A program made the translations under genes and the position numbers. A stretch of DNA of 64,000 bases, from the IMG/VR virus record IMGVR_UViG_3300042922_000911, positions 1 to 64,000 of that record; one strand, given 5' to 3'. The DNA comes from a virus. Below, piece after piece: positions 29,245-39,629 of the stretch (positions are counted from its first letter, which is position 1; every line of letters begins with the position of its first letter). The notes under the pieces were generated by a model. It ran no database searches. It was not told the DNA's origin and saw only the letters and a list, made by a program, of their open reading frames with translations.

Positions 29245-30225
29245 ATGGCACCGCAGCATTTCACCTCGACCGTCAAGCGGCAGCTCCACGTCACCACCCT
29301 CGAGCTGATCGTCGGCAACCGGCCGCCGCTCGTCCTGACGCTCCCCCTCGGGCCGCAGCGTCAGACCTTCATCGAGCCGGCGCGCACGACGGCGAACCAG
29401 ACCCTCGGCGGCTACTACCTGGAAGAGTGGGGGCCTGGCATCAAGCCGATCACCTTGGCTGGGCACACGGGCTTCGCGGTGAAGGTCGCTTACCCCGGTG
29501 CGCCCGCCATGGACGGCTACGAGGGCTTCATGGCGCTCGTCGAAATGTTCCGCACCTACTTCCAGGTCGCTCGAGAGAACAGCCGGCGCAAGGAAGACGA
29601 GGGCGAGCGCCTGGAAATGAACCTGTACCTGTGGGAGGAAGACGAGGCCTGGCGGGTCGTGCCTTCCGGCCCCGACGCCCTGCGCCGGGAGCGCAGCGCG
29701 CAGGCCCCCTTGCGCTTCGACTTTAGCTTGAGCCTCATGGGCGTCGAGAACCTGCGCGATCGCCCGGTGCCCCTGTGGACCGGGCTGCTCGCGCCGCCTG
29801 GCATGGACGTGTTGATCACGGCCATGCGCGAATCCCAAAACTGGATGAACAACGTCCTCAACACCCCGATTATCGCGGGCATCAGCCTCAACAGCGCGGC
29901 GGGCTCCATTGGCGCGGCGCTCGCGAGCATGCGCGAGAAGGTGTCGGCCGTCCGGCAGACGATTGAAGGCGGGCTCGCCGGGGCAAAGGCCGCGCTCGGC
30001 CCGATCATGTCGGTGGCGACCGAGGCGCGCAACCTCATGCGCGAGGTGTCGGCCGCGCTCGCCGCCGGCCAGATGGCGGCGAACGTCGCGCTCGACATTG
30101 CCCGCGGCGCGCGGCACATCTACTGTACGGCGAAGAACCTGGGCAGCATCCTCATGAGCGCGAGCGGCCTGGGCACGATCCTCGGCCAGTGGGAGGCGGC
30201 CAAGCGCGCCATGGTGGCCTGTTAA
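29245..30225 (+). CDS. Baseplate/tail-tube initiator-like protein
   Basis: QTLGGYYLEEWGPGIKPITLAGHTG. Confidence 0.7.
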   Translation: MAPQHFTSTVKRQLHVTTLELIVGNRPPLVLTLPLGPQRQTFIEPARTTANQTLGGYYLEEWGPGIKPITLAGHTGFAVKVAYPGAPAMDGYEGFMALVEMFRTYFQVARENSRRKEDEGERLEMNLYLWEEDEAWRVVPSGPDALRRERSAQAPLRFDFSLSLMGVENLRDRPVPLWTGLLAPPGMDVLITAMRESQNWMNNVLNTPIIAGISLNSAAGSIGAALASMREKVSAVRQTIEGGLAGAKAALGPIMSVATEARNLMREVSAALAAGQMAANVALDIARGARHIYCTAKNLGSILMSASGLGTILGQWEAAKRAMVAC

Positions 30226-30821
30226 TGGGCGCGCTGCTTCGTCACCGCCTGAAAGGGCACGAAACGCTGCGATCGCTCGCGGTCGATTACCTCGGCGATC
30301 ACACGCGCTGGGCCGAGATCGCGCACCTGAACCGGCTTTACGCGGATCAATTCGACCTGTTGGCCCTCAAGTGGATTCTCTTGCCGATCGAGGTCGGCCC
30401 GGCGAGCCGCATCAACGGCGATCCGTTCCTGACCGACTTGAACGTGCTGAACGGTGGCCTGGTGCTGACGGAATCGGGGGCTTTGGGCACCGTGGCGGGC
30501 CTGAAAAACCTCGCGCGCGCCATTCTGCGGGCGCTCATGACGCCCAAAGGGGCGCTCTTCGCGCATCCGAGCTACGGCATGGACTTGGAACGCTACGTCG
30601 CGCACACGGGAAACCCCCTGTTTCTGCGCTTCTTGAAGCTGGAAGTCGAGCGCACCATTCTCAAAGACCCGCGCGTTGAGCGGGTCGAGAACGTGCGCGT
30701 GGTCTATCAGCCGACGCAACGCTCGATCGAGATTTTCGGGACGATTCACCCCGTCGCCGTCGAGGACGCGATCGAGCTGCTGGATAGGCAAGGGCGGGGC
30801 GTGATTAGGAGCATGACGTAA
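30225..30821 (+). CDS. LysM-like plus gp25-like baseplate wedge protein
   Basis: ETLRSLAVDYLGDHTRWAEIAHLN; TPKGALFAHPSYG..DPRV. Confidence 0.85.
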   Translation: MGALLRHRLKGHETLRSLAVDYLGDHTRWAEIAHLNRLYADQFDLLALKWILLPIEVGPASRINGDPFLTDLNVLNGGLVLTESGALGTVAGLKNLARAILRALMTPKGALFAHPSYGMDLERYVAHTGNPLFLRFLKLEVERTILKDPRVERVENVRVVYQPTQRSIEIFGTIHPVAVEDAIELLDRQGRGVIRSMT

Positions 30822-31942
30822 TGGCTGACTTGCAGGCGCTTACCTTCGATCAGATCGTCGGCATGATGGCTGGCGACGTGCTTTCCCACGCGACGGCCGA
30901 CGGCCGGCTGACCGACGTTGTGGAAGGCTCGATCCTGCTGACGCTCTACGAGGGCACGGCCGCGCCCATCGAAGAGCTGATGTACCGCTATCACGTCGAT
31001 CTGCCGATCCGCTACTACCTCGACCAGGCCGAGGGCGTCGCCCTCGAGCGGCTGGTCAAGAACTTCACCTTCGATCAGGTCAAGAAGACGCCTGCGGCGA
31101 AGGCCTCGGGGCAGCTCCGCTACCACGGCGAGGACGCCGCCACCATCCCGGCCAATTCCCGTTGGATCACGCCGCAGGGGCTCGTCGTTCTCGCGAGCGA
31201 GCTGGTGCAGATTGAGGTCGGCACGACGAGCGTCCTGGGCCTCGCGGCCCCCGAGGAAGCGGGGTCGCACGGCAACCTGCTCGCGGGCGTGCAGCTCACC
31301 CCCGTTGAGCCGATCACGGGCGTCACGCATGCGGTCGTCGAGCAACGCTGGACCGGCGGCACCAACTTGACGAGCGACGCCGACCTTCGGCAGGCCGTGA
31401 TCGACTTCCTGGACAGCCTGGTGCGCGGCACCAAGGGCTCGATCGTTCGCGGGTGCCGGGTGAGCGGCTACGGCCGCGTCTACCTTTCCGAGCCGCTGGG
31501 CGGCCGCGTCGTCGTGTGGGTGGACGACGCCGAGGACGCCAACGCGGCGAAGCTGCTCGCGTGCGCCGACGAGCTCGACACCAACTGGAAGGCCGCGGGC
31601 ATCATCATTTATTTGTTCCACCGGCCGGAACACGTCTTCGACATTGAAGCCGAGGTCTTCAACGACGGCACGGTGCCCCAAGAAACGCTTGAGGCCAACA
31701 TCGAATCGGCGTGGCGCAGCTACGTGGATACCGGCAAGCGCATGGGCGACTGGCTGACCCGCCTCGAGCTGATGGAAGTCGCATCCAAAGTGGCCGGGTA
31801 CAACGGCGTGAACATTTTCAGCCCCGGCAACGACTTCCGCATCAAGCCGAGCCTGAACCGCTACAACACCAAGTTCGGCGTCGGCGAGCTGTACCCCTAC
31901 GAAAAGCTCAAGATCGGCACGATTACTTGGAGGGCTGACTAA
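30821..31942 (+). CDS. Baseplate J/gp47-like protein
   Basis: TDVVEGSI..ASGQL..TIPANS..GSHGN..TGGTNLTSDADLR. Confidence 0.85.
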   Translation: MADLQALTFDQIVGMMAGDVLSHATADGRLTDVVEGSILLTLYEGTAAPIEELMYRYHVDLPIRYYLDQAEGVALERLVKNFTFDQVKKTPAAKASGQLRYHGEDAATIPANSRWITPQGLVVLASELVQIEVGTTSVLGLAAPEEAGSHGNLLAGVQLTPVEPITGVTHAVVEQRWTGGTNLTSDADLRQAVIDFLDSLVRGTKGSIVRGCRVSGYGRVYLSEPLGGRVVVWVDDAEDANAAKLLACADELDTNWKAAGIIIYLFHRPEHVFDIEAEVFNDGTVPQETLEANIESAWRSYVDTGKRMGDWLTRLELMEVASKVAGYNGVNIFSPGNDFRIKPSLNRYNTKFGVGELYPYEKLKIGTITWRAD

Positions 31943-32820
31943 TGCCCGAGCAGTTTCTTACACAGGAACAGCGCCAGGATATGTATCGGCGCATCTTTGC
32001 GGCGATTCCTCGCACCTTCCTCGACCCCAAGCACCCCGATAACGAGCTGATTGTCGGGGCGATCGCCTACGCCGTGGCCTACACCGAGGCCCACTGGCTC
32101 GAAATCGAGCGCGAACAGTTCCTCGACACGGCAACGATCGACGGCCTGACCCGCTTCGGCAACTGGTTCGGCGTGCCGGTCGAGAACGGCGAAGACGTGG
32201 AAGTGTACCGGCAGCGGCTTCAACAGGCGCTTTACGGCCCGCGTCAAACCATCAAGGCGATCGAGAACGTCGTCGGCGCGGCCACGGGGCTGACCGTCAG
32301 GGTTCATGAGGTCGGCCGCGACATTGTGACCATGAACCGGGGGGCCTGGACCGGCAAGAAGCTCCTGGGCGAAAGGTACTGCTGGGCGGTCTTTGAGGTC
32401 GTCACCGAGGGGCAAACGAACAAGGTCGTGAAGTTCATGGACCGCATTCGCGCCGCCGGCACGCGCTGGCGGCACATCGAGCGCGTCTATCACTCGATCC
32501 TGCACGACCTCGCGCCCGGCGGCGTGATCAGCCGCGAGCGCACGAAACACTGGTCGCTCGAGTTCCCCGAGATTCCCTTCCCGCTCTTCCCCGCGACGGC
32601 CAACCGCGAACACCTCGCGGCCCGTGGCTCGATGTGGGGCCGCGACTTCACGAAGCACTCTTACCGGCACGTCGAGCGGGCGCAGCTCATTCGGCCACTG
32701 GACGTTACACAGGAAGAAACGGAACACACAGTCCTGTGTAACTTCTTGCCTGACGACGCCCCGCTCTTCGCCTGGAACGATTCGGCGAGCCTGTGGGATG
32801 AATCCCGCTGGGCCAACTAG
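31942..32820 (+). CDS. Baseplate wedge (gpI-like) protein
   Basis: FLDTAT..LTRFGNWFGV..GEDVEVYRQRL..RAAG. Confidence 0.75.
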   Translation: MPEQFLTQEQRQDMYRRIFAAIPRTFLDPKHPDNELIVGAIAYAVAYTEAHWLEIEREQFLDTATIDGLTRFGNWFGVPVENGEDVEVYRQRLQQALYGPRQTIKAIENVVGAATGLTVRVHEVGRDIVTMNRGAWTGKKLLGERYCWAVFEVVTEGQTNKVVKFMDRIRAAGTRWRHIERVYHSILHDLAPGGVISRERTKHWSLEFPEIPFPLFPATANREHLAARGSMWGRDFTKHSYRHVERAQLIRPLDVTQEETEHTVLCNFLPDDAPLFAWNDSASLWDESRWAN

Positions 32821-32856
32821 GTTACACAGGAAAGACGTTACACAGGAGGACGCCCC

Positions 32857-33240
32857 ATGCCGACTACCCATTACGGCCTGCCCTACCAGCCCGCCGGTCA
32901 GGGCGATCGCCAGCTCGCGAATCAGGCCCTCGACGGCATCGACGAGAACATTCACGCGATCGCCGTCACGCTCTCGACGCTGGTTCAGAACACAAGCCTC
33001 GGCGAACACGTCGAGGGCGAGGCCCTGGTCGGCGCGCTCGACGGCACCAACCGCGTCTTCACGGTCAGCCGCGCGCCCATCACGGGCACCATGCGCGTCT
33101 TCGCCTACGGCTGCACCCTGCTCGAGGGCGAGCATTTGACGCTCTCGGGTGCCGGTAACAAGACGCTGACGTTCAACCCCGGCTTGCAGCCCCGGCCGGG
33201 CTACCCCGGCAAAGCCAGCTACCGCACGACGGAGGAATAG
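32857..33240 (+). CDS. Small tail/fibre-associated protein
   Basis: DGTNRVFTVS motif; synteny. Confidence 0.6.
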   Translation: MPTTHYGLPYQPAGQGDRQLANQALDGIDENIHAIAVTLSTLVQNTSLGEHVEGEALVGALDGTNRVFTVSRAPITGTMRVFAYGCTLLEGEHLTLSGAGNKTLTFNPGLQPRPGYPGKASYRTTEE

Positions 33241-33243
33241 CCC

Positions 33244-35448
33244 ATGCCCTACGATCCCGATCAGTCCTACGTCATTCCCAAGTTCGCCTATCAGGCCCCG
33301 GTGGCGGCCGACGTGGGCGACCCTGACGGCGGGGCGTCGGCCAATCTGGCCGACTTGCTCGGCGTGCTGCGGTTCTTCCGGGGCTCTTTCACCGACCAGG
33401 CCGACCGCGACGCGCTGACGGGCCTCGCCGACGGCCACTTCGTCATTCTCAAGACCGACGAGAACAAGCCGCGCATCGACGTGTGGCACACGGGCGCGTG
33501 GCGCGCGGCCACCACGACGCAAACGAGCGTCACCGGCCGGCTGGTGCCCCTGACGGAGAGCCCGCCGGGCTCGGGCCGCTACCCGCTGCCCTACTCGGGC
33601 GAGCATGAGCAGCTCTTCATCGAAACGATCCCGCAGCACGAAGGCGCAGAGCGCGACTACACCGTTGATGATTCCGACACGCCCATCTGCGCCGTGTTCA
33701 ATTCGGGCAAGGGGCCGAAGGTGGGTCAGGTCGTCTACGGCACCAGCGCGATCCTCGGCCTGACCGGCACCGACGCGGCGACCCTCGGCGGCTATGTGCC
33801 CTCGACGGCCGTCACGCCGAATGCGGTCGTGGTCCGCGGCCCCGACGGCTCGATCGCGGGCGTCGCCGGCTCCAACGCCGAAACGCTCGACGGCCACGCG
33901 ACGGCCGTCAGCCCGAGCCACACCCCCGACACGATCCCGGTTCACGACGGCGACGGCAACCTCGACGCCACCACCCTGACCGGCTTGCTCCCCTCGACGG
34001 CCGTTGCGGCCTCGGTCGTCGTGGTCAGGAACCCCGACGGCACCATTACAGGCATCGTGTCGGGAGGCGGCGGCAACGCCGACACCCTCGACGGCTACAA
34101 CAGCGCGGTTTCCCCGGCGCACACCCCCAACACGATCCCCGTCCATGACGCATCCGGCGGCCTGGACGCGACCACGCTCGGCGGCGCAGCCCCGGCGACG
34201 GCCTCGACCCCCAACACGATCGTCAAGCGCCTGGGCGACGGCTCGATCACCGGCGTCAGCTCCAACGCCGACACCCTCGACGGCTACAACACGCTCGTCA
34301 GCCCCGCGCACGCGGCGAACCGCATCCCCGTCCACGACGCGAGCGGCGGGCTCGACGCGACGACCCTCGCGGGCGCGGTGGCCTCGAGCGCCGTCACCGC
34401 GAACGCCATCGTCAAGCGCGACGGCAGCGGGGCGATCGCGGGCGCGGGCAGCAACGCCGACACCCTCGACGGGTACGACACGCTGGTTTCGCCCTCCCAT
34501 GCGGCCTTCAAGATTCCGGTTCACGACGCATCCGGCGGCCTGGACGCCACCACCCTGAACGGCGTGACCGCGACGACCTCGGCAACCGCCGGGGCGATCG
34601 TCAAGCGCAACCCAGACGGCACCATCACGGGCGTTTCGACCAACGCCGACACCCTCGACGGCTACACGACCGCCGTTTCCCCGGCTCACACCGCAAACAC
34701 CATCCCGGTTCACTCGGCTTCCGGCGGGCTCGACGCCACCACCCTCGGCGGCGCGGCCCCGGCCACCACCGCGACGGCCTCGACGATCGTCAAGCGCAAC
34801 GGCGACGGCACCATTACGGGCGTCAGCTCCAACGCCGACACCCTCGACGGCTACAACACGGCCGTCAGCCCGGCTCATACCGCAAACACCATCCCCGTCC
34901 ATGACGCCTCGGGCGGGCTCGACGCTACCACCCTCGGCGGGGCCGCGCCCTCGACGGCCGCCACGGCGAACGCCATCGTCAAGCGCAACGCCGACGGCTC
35001 GATCACGGGCGTCACGGCCTCGGGCAAGTGTGAGCTGCACGTCTTCGCCTACAACGCCAGCACGCAGAGCATCACCGGCAACAATTCCAGCCAAACCAAG
35101 CTCAATTTCGGCACCGAAACGACGGACACCTACAACCAGTTCGCCTCGGGCACGTTCACGGCACTCAGCGCGGGCGAGTACATCGTCGAGGTCGCCGTGC
35201 GCCCGGTGCGCGGCACGTCGGGCTCCAATAACCATTGCCTGATGCTCTACAAGAACGGCGCGGAGTTCATGAGCCACGGCTGGTATGCGGCTTCGGCTGA
35301 CATTGAATACTACGTCGCGCATACCGTCACGTTCCCGGTCACGCTCGCGGCCGGCGACACGGTGGAGCTGTACCAGCGCGTCACCAACACCGTCACGAAC
35401 CAGTCGGGCAACAACAAGCAGTACGTCAAAATCTACAATGCGGTCTAG
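33244..35448 (+). CDS. Tail fibre 1 (six ~63-aa repeats, C1q-like tip)
   Basis: NADTLDG..IPVHD..LDATTL repeats; beta-sandwich C-terminus (FTALSAGEY..LAAGDTVEL). Confidence 0.8.
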   Translation: MPYDPDQSYVIPKFAYQAPVAADVGDPDGGASANLADLLGVLRFFRGSFTDQADRDALTGLADGHFVILKTDENKPRIDVWHTGAWRAATTTQTSVTGRLVPLTESPPGSGRYPLPYSGEHEQLFIETIPQHEGAERDYTVDDSDTPICAVFNSGKGPKVGQVVYGTSAILGLTGTDAATLGGYVPSTAVTPNAVVVRGPDGSIAGVAGSNAETLDGHATAVSPSHTPDTIPVHDGDGNLDATTLTGLLPSTAVAASVVVVRNPDGTITGIVSGGGGNADTLDGYNSAVSPAHTPNTIPVHDASGGLDATTLGGAAPATASTPNTIVKRLGDGSITGVSSNADTLDGYNTLVSPAHAANRIPVHDASGGLDATTLAGAVASSAVTANAIVKRDGSGAIAGAGSNADTLDGYDTLVSPSHAAFKIPVHDASGGLDATTLNGVTATTSATAGAIVKRNPDGTITGVSTNADTLDGYTTAVSPAHTANTIPVHSASGGLDATTLGGAAPATTATASTIVKRNGDGTITGVSSNADTLDGYNTAVSPAHTANTIPVHDASGGLDATTLGGAAPSTAATANAIVKRNADGSITGVTASGKCELHVFAYNASTQSITGNNSSQTKLNFGTETTDTYNQFASGTFTALSAGEYIVEVAVRPVRGTSGSNNHCLMLYKNGAEFMSHGWYAASADIEYYVAHTVTFPVTLAAGDTVELYQRVTNTVTNQSGNNKQYVKIYNAV
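33874..35010 (+). repeat. Six ~189-bp tandem coding repeats
   Basis: Units start at about 33874, 34075, 34264, 34453, 34642 and 34831. Confidence 0.85.
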
Positions 35449-35457
35449 GAGGCGATC

Positions 35458-37716
35458 ATGGCCTACAATCCCGAATCCCCCTTCGCCGTCCCCGGCTTCG
35501 CGCTCGAGCCCCTGTTGCTCGAGGACGTGGGCGACCCCGCTGCGGGGCCGTCGGCCAACCTGAAACAGGCCTTCGACGTGTTGCGCCGGTTCAGGGGCTA
35601 CCAGACGACGAACGCGGCCAGGAACGCCCTCGCTGACCCACAGCCCGGCGACTTCGTGCTGATGCTCGCAAGCGGTGCGCGGCTGCGCGTGGACGTGTAT
35701 TACACAGGAAACGGCTGGACCCCTTGGGGCGACACCCCGGCCGGGGCGCACACGCGCCTGACGCCGCTCGTCGAGAACCCCACAGGCAGCGGCCGGTACG
35801 ATCTCTTCGGCTCGGGGTTGCATGAGCGCGTCTTCGTCGAGCGCATCCCCCAATTTGAAGGCGTCGAGCGGGATTACACCGTGGATACGGCCACGACCCC
35901 ATGGCAAGTCGTCTTCAACGAGGGTAAGAAGCCGCTCGAGGGGCGCACGGTCTTCGGGGCCGTGGCGCAACCGGACCTCACCAGCACGAACGCCGACACG
36001 CTTTTGGGCGCGCTCCCCGACAAGGGGCAGCTCGGCGGGGGCGTGGTCGTGCGCCAGGCCAACGGGACGATCGAGGGCGTCGGCGGCTCCAACGCCAACA
36101 GCCTCGACGGCTACGATTCGCTCGTTTCCCCTGGTCACGCCCCCAACAAGATCCCCGTTCACGACGACGACGGCAACCTCGACGCCACCACCCTCGGCGG
36201 CTTCGCGCCCTCGGGCGGCAACGTCGGCTCGCGGGTCGTGGTGCGCGGGGCCGACGGCTCGATCGCGGGCTACGGCGGCACCGGCGGCGTCAACGGCGAC
36301 ACCCTCGACGGCTTCGACACCGTGGTAAGCCCGAGCCACGCGGCCGACAAGGTGCCGGTTCACGACGAGCTCGGCGGCCTGGACGCCACCACGCTCGAGG
36401 GCGCTGCGGCCTCGACCGCGGCAACCGCCGACGCGATCGCCAAGCGCGACGGCAGCGGGGCGATCGCCGGGGCATCGAGCGACAAAGACACCGTGGACGG
36501 CTACACGACGGCCGTCAGCCCCACGCACACGGCCGACACCATCCCCGTTCACGATGCCGACGGCAACCTCGACGCCACCACCCTCGGCGGCGCGGCCCCC
36601 GACACGGCCGCGATCGCCGGGGCGATCGTCAAGCGCAACCCAGACGGCACGATCACGGGCCTGTCGAGCGACAAGGACACCGTAGACGGCTACACGACGG
36701 CCGTCAGCCCCACGCACACGGCAAGCACCATCCCGGTTCACTCGGCGACCGGCGGCCTGGACGCCACGACCCTCGGCGGGGCCGCGCCCTCGGCGGTCGT
36801 CGCCGGCAACACGATCGTCAAGCGCGACGGGTCGGGCGGAATCGCTGGCGTGAGCAGCGACGCGGCGACCCTCGACACCTTCGACACCGTGGTTTCGCCC
36901 ACGCACACGGCGAGCCGCATCCCGGTTCACGACGCCGACGGCAACCTCGACGCCACAACCCTCGGCGGGGCCGCGCCGGCCACGGCCGCCACGGCGAACG
37001 CCATCGTCAAGCGCAACGCCGACGGCACCATCACCGGGGCGGTTCTGACGACCGTGGACGGCTACAACACGGTCGTTTCCCCGACCCACACCGCCAACAA
37101 GATCCCGGTTCACTCGGCTGCCGGTGCGCTCGACGCCACCACCCTCATGGGGGCGCTCCCCGCCACCAGCGGCCCCGACACGATCCTCAAGCGCAAGGCC
37201 GACGGCACGATCGAGGGCATCACGGCGAGCCCCGGCAAGCTGGAATTGGTCTATTACGGCTACATGGCGGCCGACAAGCAGATCGCGGCGTCGGGAACCA
37301 CGGGCTTCCTGTGTAACACCGAGGTCGTCGATACCCTCGGCCTCACCTGGACGACCAGCGGCGGCAAATACTACTTCACGATGCCATCGGGCAGCACGGG
37401 CGAATACCTCGTCGTCTTTGGGCACGCCATGAACGCCATGAGCTCGGGCGTGATCACCATCGGCATGGGCTTTACGGAGTTTGACACCGGCATGGGCGAC
37501 TACGACCCGGCGAACGATCGCGTCATCGGCCATTACAGCTCCAGCCGCGCCGACGCCTGGACATTGAGGTTCATTCAATGCCACCGGGTAAAGCTGACGG
37601 CGGGCGAGCGGTGGGGCGTGTTCAACGCCAATATCACCGGCATCACGCGCGGCATCAGCGTCAAGTGGCTCGCCGGGCAAAACAACACCTTCATTCGCAT
37701 TTACCGAATCCTGTAA
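35458..37716 (+). CDS. Tail fibre 2 (paralog of fibre 1 with a different tip)
   Basis: Shares the N-terminal domain and six repeats; divergent C-terminus. Confidence 0.8.
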   Translation: MAYNPESPFAVPGFALEPLLLEDVGDPAAGPSANLKQAFDVLRRFRGYQTTNAARNALADPQPGDFVLMLASGARLRVDVYYTGNGWTPWGDTPAGAHTRLTPLVENPTGSGRYDLFGSGLHERVFVERIPQFEGVERDYTVDTATTPWQVVFNEGKKPLEGRTVFGAVAQPDLTSTNADTLLGALPDKGQLGGGVVVRQANGTIEGVGGSNANSLDGYDSLVSPGHAPNKIPVHDDDGNLDATTLGGFAPSGGNVGSRVVVRGADGSIAGYGGTGGVNGDTLDGFDTVVSPSHAADKVPVHDELGGLDATTLEGAAASTAATADAIAKRDGSGAIAGASSDKDTVDGYTTAVSPTHTADTIPVHDADGNLDATTLGGAAPDTAAIAGAIVKRNPDGTITGLSSDKDTVDGYTTAVSPTHTASTIPVHSATGGLDATTLGGAAPSAVVAGNTIVKRDGSGGIAGVSSDAATLDTFDTVVSPTHTASRIPVHDADGNLDATTLGGAAPATAATANAIVKRNADGTITGAVLTTVDGYNTVVSPTHTANKIPVHSAAGALDATTLMGALPATSGPDTILKRKADGTIEGITASPGKLELVYYGYMAADKQIAASGTTGFLCNTEVVDTLGLTWTTSGGKYYFTMPSGSTGEYLVVFGHAMNAMSSGVITIGMGFTEFDTGMGDYDPANDRVIGHYSSSRADAWTLRFIQCHRVKLTAGERWGVFNANITGITRGISVKWLAGQNNTFIRIYRIL
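36091..37220 (+). repeat. Six ~189-bp tandem coding repeats
   Basis: Same repeat family as in fibre 1. Confidence 0.85.
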
Positions 37717-37756
37717 GGCGGCAGAAAGCCACGTTGGGCAATAGCCCTTCGGGTGC

Positions 37757-37797
37757 TGGCAGAAACGGGCGGTTGAGCGGCCTCAGAATGCTACGAT
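37757..37797 (+). promoter_or_regulatory. Putative activator-dependent promoter
   Basis: TGGCAGAAA at 37757; TG-C-TACGAT with hexamer at 37792. Confidence 0.65.
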
Positions 37798-37823
37798 CGC
37801 CCCCATAGCAAGGAAGGGACACC

Positions 37824-39086
37824 ATGGCGAACGAGCATCCCGCAAGCACCATGCCCACTACCTTCGCGACTGACGCGGAAGTAGCAGCGGCCATCACCGC
37901 GCACAACAACGCCTTTCACGCGCAGGACATTCCGCAGCGCCCCCGCCGTCGCAACAGCGTCGAGGCGGGGCGCGTCAGCGCGGCCGATGGCCTGCCCAAC
38001 TTCATCGAGGCGGGCGCGGGCCTGAAAGCGACCCTGCGCGGTGCCGCCGTGCCGGCGGTCTTCAACTTCGCGGCGGGCTACGACCAGGGGCGACCCGTCG
38101 ATAACCGCGTGACGATCGACGAGGACCTGTCGAACCTGTGGACGCTCACGGCGAACGCGACGAATTACCTGTTCCTCGAGCGGCAGAGCGACAACACGCT
38201 CGTCCCCTTGGCCTACACCGTCAGGCCCTCAGACGGCATGACGCTCCCCGCCACGGCGGCGCTCAACCAGCACCACTACGTCATTCCCGAGGGGCGCATG
38301 TACGTCTGCACGCAGGCCTCGACCGGCGGCGGCAGCTCGAAAGTCAACGCGGCCACCACGGCGAACGCCCAATCGGGCGGCGCGCAGGGCGGCTACCCGG
38401 CGTCGAACGCCTACGACACCAACGGCGCGAGCGGCTGGCGCTCGTCGCAGCTCGGGACCATGGTCTTCGATCGCGCCTGGATCGGTCAGGTCTTCGCCAC
38501 GCGCAAGCGCATCACCGAGGTAGAAATTACACAGGAAACAGCCTCCAACAACCGCATTACGAGCTGCAAGGTCGAGGTGAGCGACAACAACTGGGCCACG
38601 GCCACCACGCTCGGGACGTTCCCCCTGGTCGGCGGCTACAACAAGATCACCATCCCCTCGCCGAGCCTGGGCCAGTCCATTCGCGTGAAAGCGAACGCCA
38701 GTACGGGTTCTTCGACGCCCTGGATCGTCTTCACGGTCAAGTTCAACGAGGACGTGCCGATCGTCGGCAACCCGCCGGTCTTCGCGACCAAGGAGCGCGT
38801 CTGCGTGGGCGAGGCCGTCACCGGCGCGACCTCAGTCACCGGAACGACGGGCTACGCCCTCAACGGCGAGTACGCGACCGGCCGGCGCGCGCTCAGCCCC
38901 GGCGTCTTGAACACCATCAAGCACGCCCTCGGCACGACCAGCGCGCACCTGACCCTGCGCGGGGCCACGGCTGCCGGCGGCGCGCTCGGGCCGATCACCT
39001 ACACCAGCATGGACCACCTGACGCTCAACCTCACGCCTGACGGCTCGGTCGTCGAGGGCGAGGCGATCGTCACGCGCGGCTATTAG
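37824..39086 (+). CDS. Tail protein with discoidin (F5/8 type C)-like domain
   Basis: ASNAYD..WRS..WIGQVF..ITEVEI..VEVSDN..W. Confidence 0.7.
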   Translation: MANEHPASTMPTTFATDAEVAAAITAHNNAFHAQDIPQRPRRRNSVEAGRVSAADGLPNFIEAGAGLKATLRGAAVPAVFNFAAGYDQGRPVDNRVTIDEDLSNLWTLTANATNYLFLERQSDNTLVPLAYTVRPSDGMTLPATAALNQHHYVIPEGRMYVCTQASTGGGSSKVNAATTANAQSGGAQGGYPASNAYDTNGASGWRSSQLGTMVFDRAWIGQVFATRKRITEVEITQETASNNRITSCKVEVSDNNWATATTLGTFPLVGGYNKITIPSPSLGQSIRVKANASTGSSTPWIVFTVKFNEDVPIVGNPPVFATKERVCVGEAVTGATSVTGTTGYALNGEYATGRRALSPGVLNTIKHALGTTSAHLTLRGATAAGGALGPITYTSMDHLTLNLTPDGSVVEGEAIVTRGY

Positions 39087-39100
39087 AAGGAGCGACGACG

Positions 39101-39616
39101 ATGCCGAATGGATTGCTGCCCCTCGCGGGCAAGAAGGCGCTCGCGTACCACGCGGGCCAGAACGTCACGCACGCGGCGATCGGCCGCGGCGATTGGGCCG
39201 ACAAGCAGAACCCGCCGATGGAAGACTTCAACGGCGACGCGCTCAAAGACGAGATCGGCCGCATCACCATTTCGGAAGTCGCTTACTTGATGGCTGACGC
39301 CGAGGGCACGATTCAGTTCTCGGGCGATTCCAGCCACTACCGCTTCGCCACCGAGGCCGAGATCGACGACGCGGCGCTTGAAGAGCTCGCGCCGTCGAAT
39401 CAGGTCGTCTTCAAGTTCATCATCCCCGAGAACGTGGCGGTCGGCGAGCTCGTCTGCGAAATCGCGCTCATTTACCAGGGCACCACGACCACGGCCGGAT
39501 TCGCCACTGGCGGCCAAGTCACCGACCCCGGCCATGTGTTCTACGTCGTCAACATTCCCGGCAACCCCATCGAGCCCGACAAAGAGCTCGAGCGGTGGGT
39601 TCGCGTGATCATGTAA
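39101..39616 (+). CDS. Baseplate/tail-fibre attachment protein
   Basis: HAAIGRGD..W..P..LKDEIGR..EIAL. Confidence 0.65.
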   Translation: MPNGLLPLAGKKALAYHAGQNVTHAAIGRGDWADKQNPPMEDFNGDALKDEIGRITISEVAYLMADAEGTIQFSGDSSHYRFATEAEIDDAALEELAPSNQVVFKFIIPENVAVGELVCEIALIYQGTTTTAGFATGGQVTDPGHVFYVVNIPGNPIEPDKELERWVRVIM

Positions 39617-39629
39617 GGAGGCCCCGAGA

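Noticed and set aside
841-37716. Diversity-generating retroelement or invertible fibre cassette
   Set aside because: No reverse transcriptase, template/variable repeat pair, invertase or inverted fibre tips were seen in this window
38526-38543. ATTACACAGGAAACAGCC resembles the lacZ/M13-reverse primer site
   Set aside because: It is in frame within a phage gene, has no flanking vector sequence, and is one instance of the genome-wide motif
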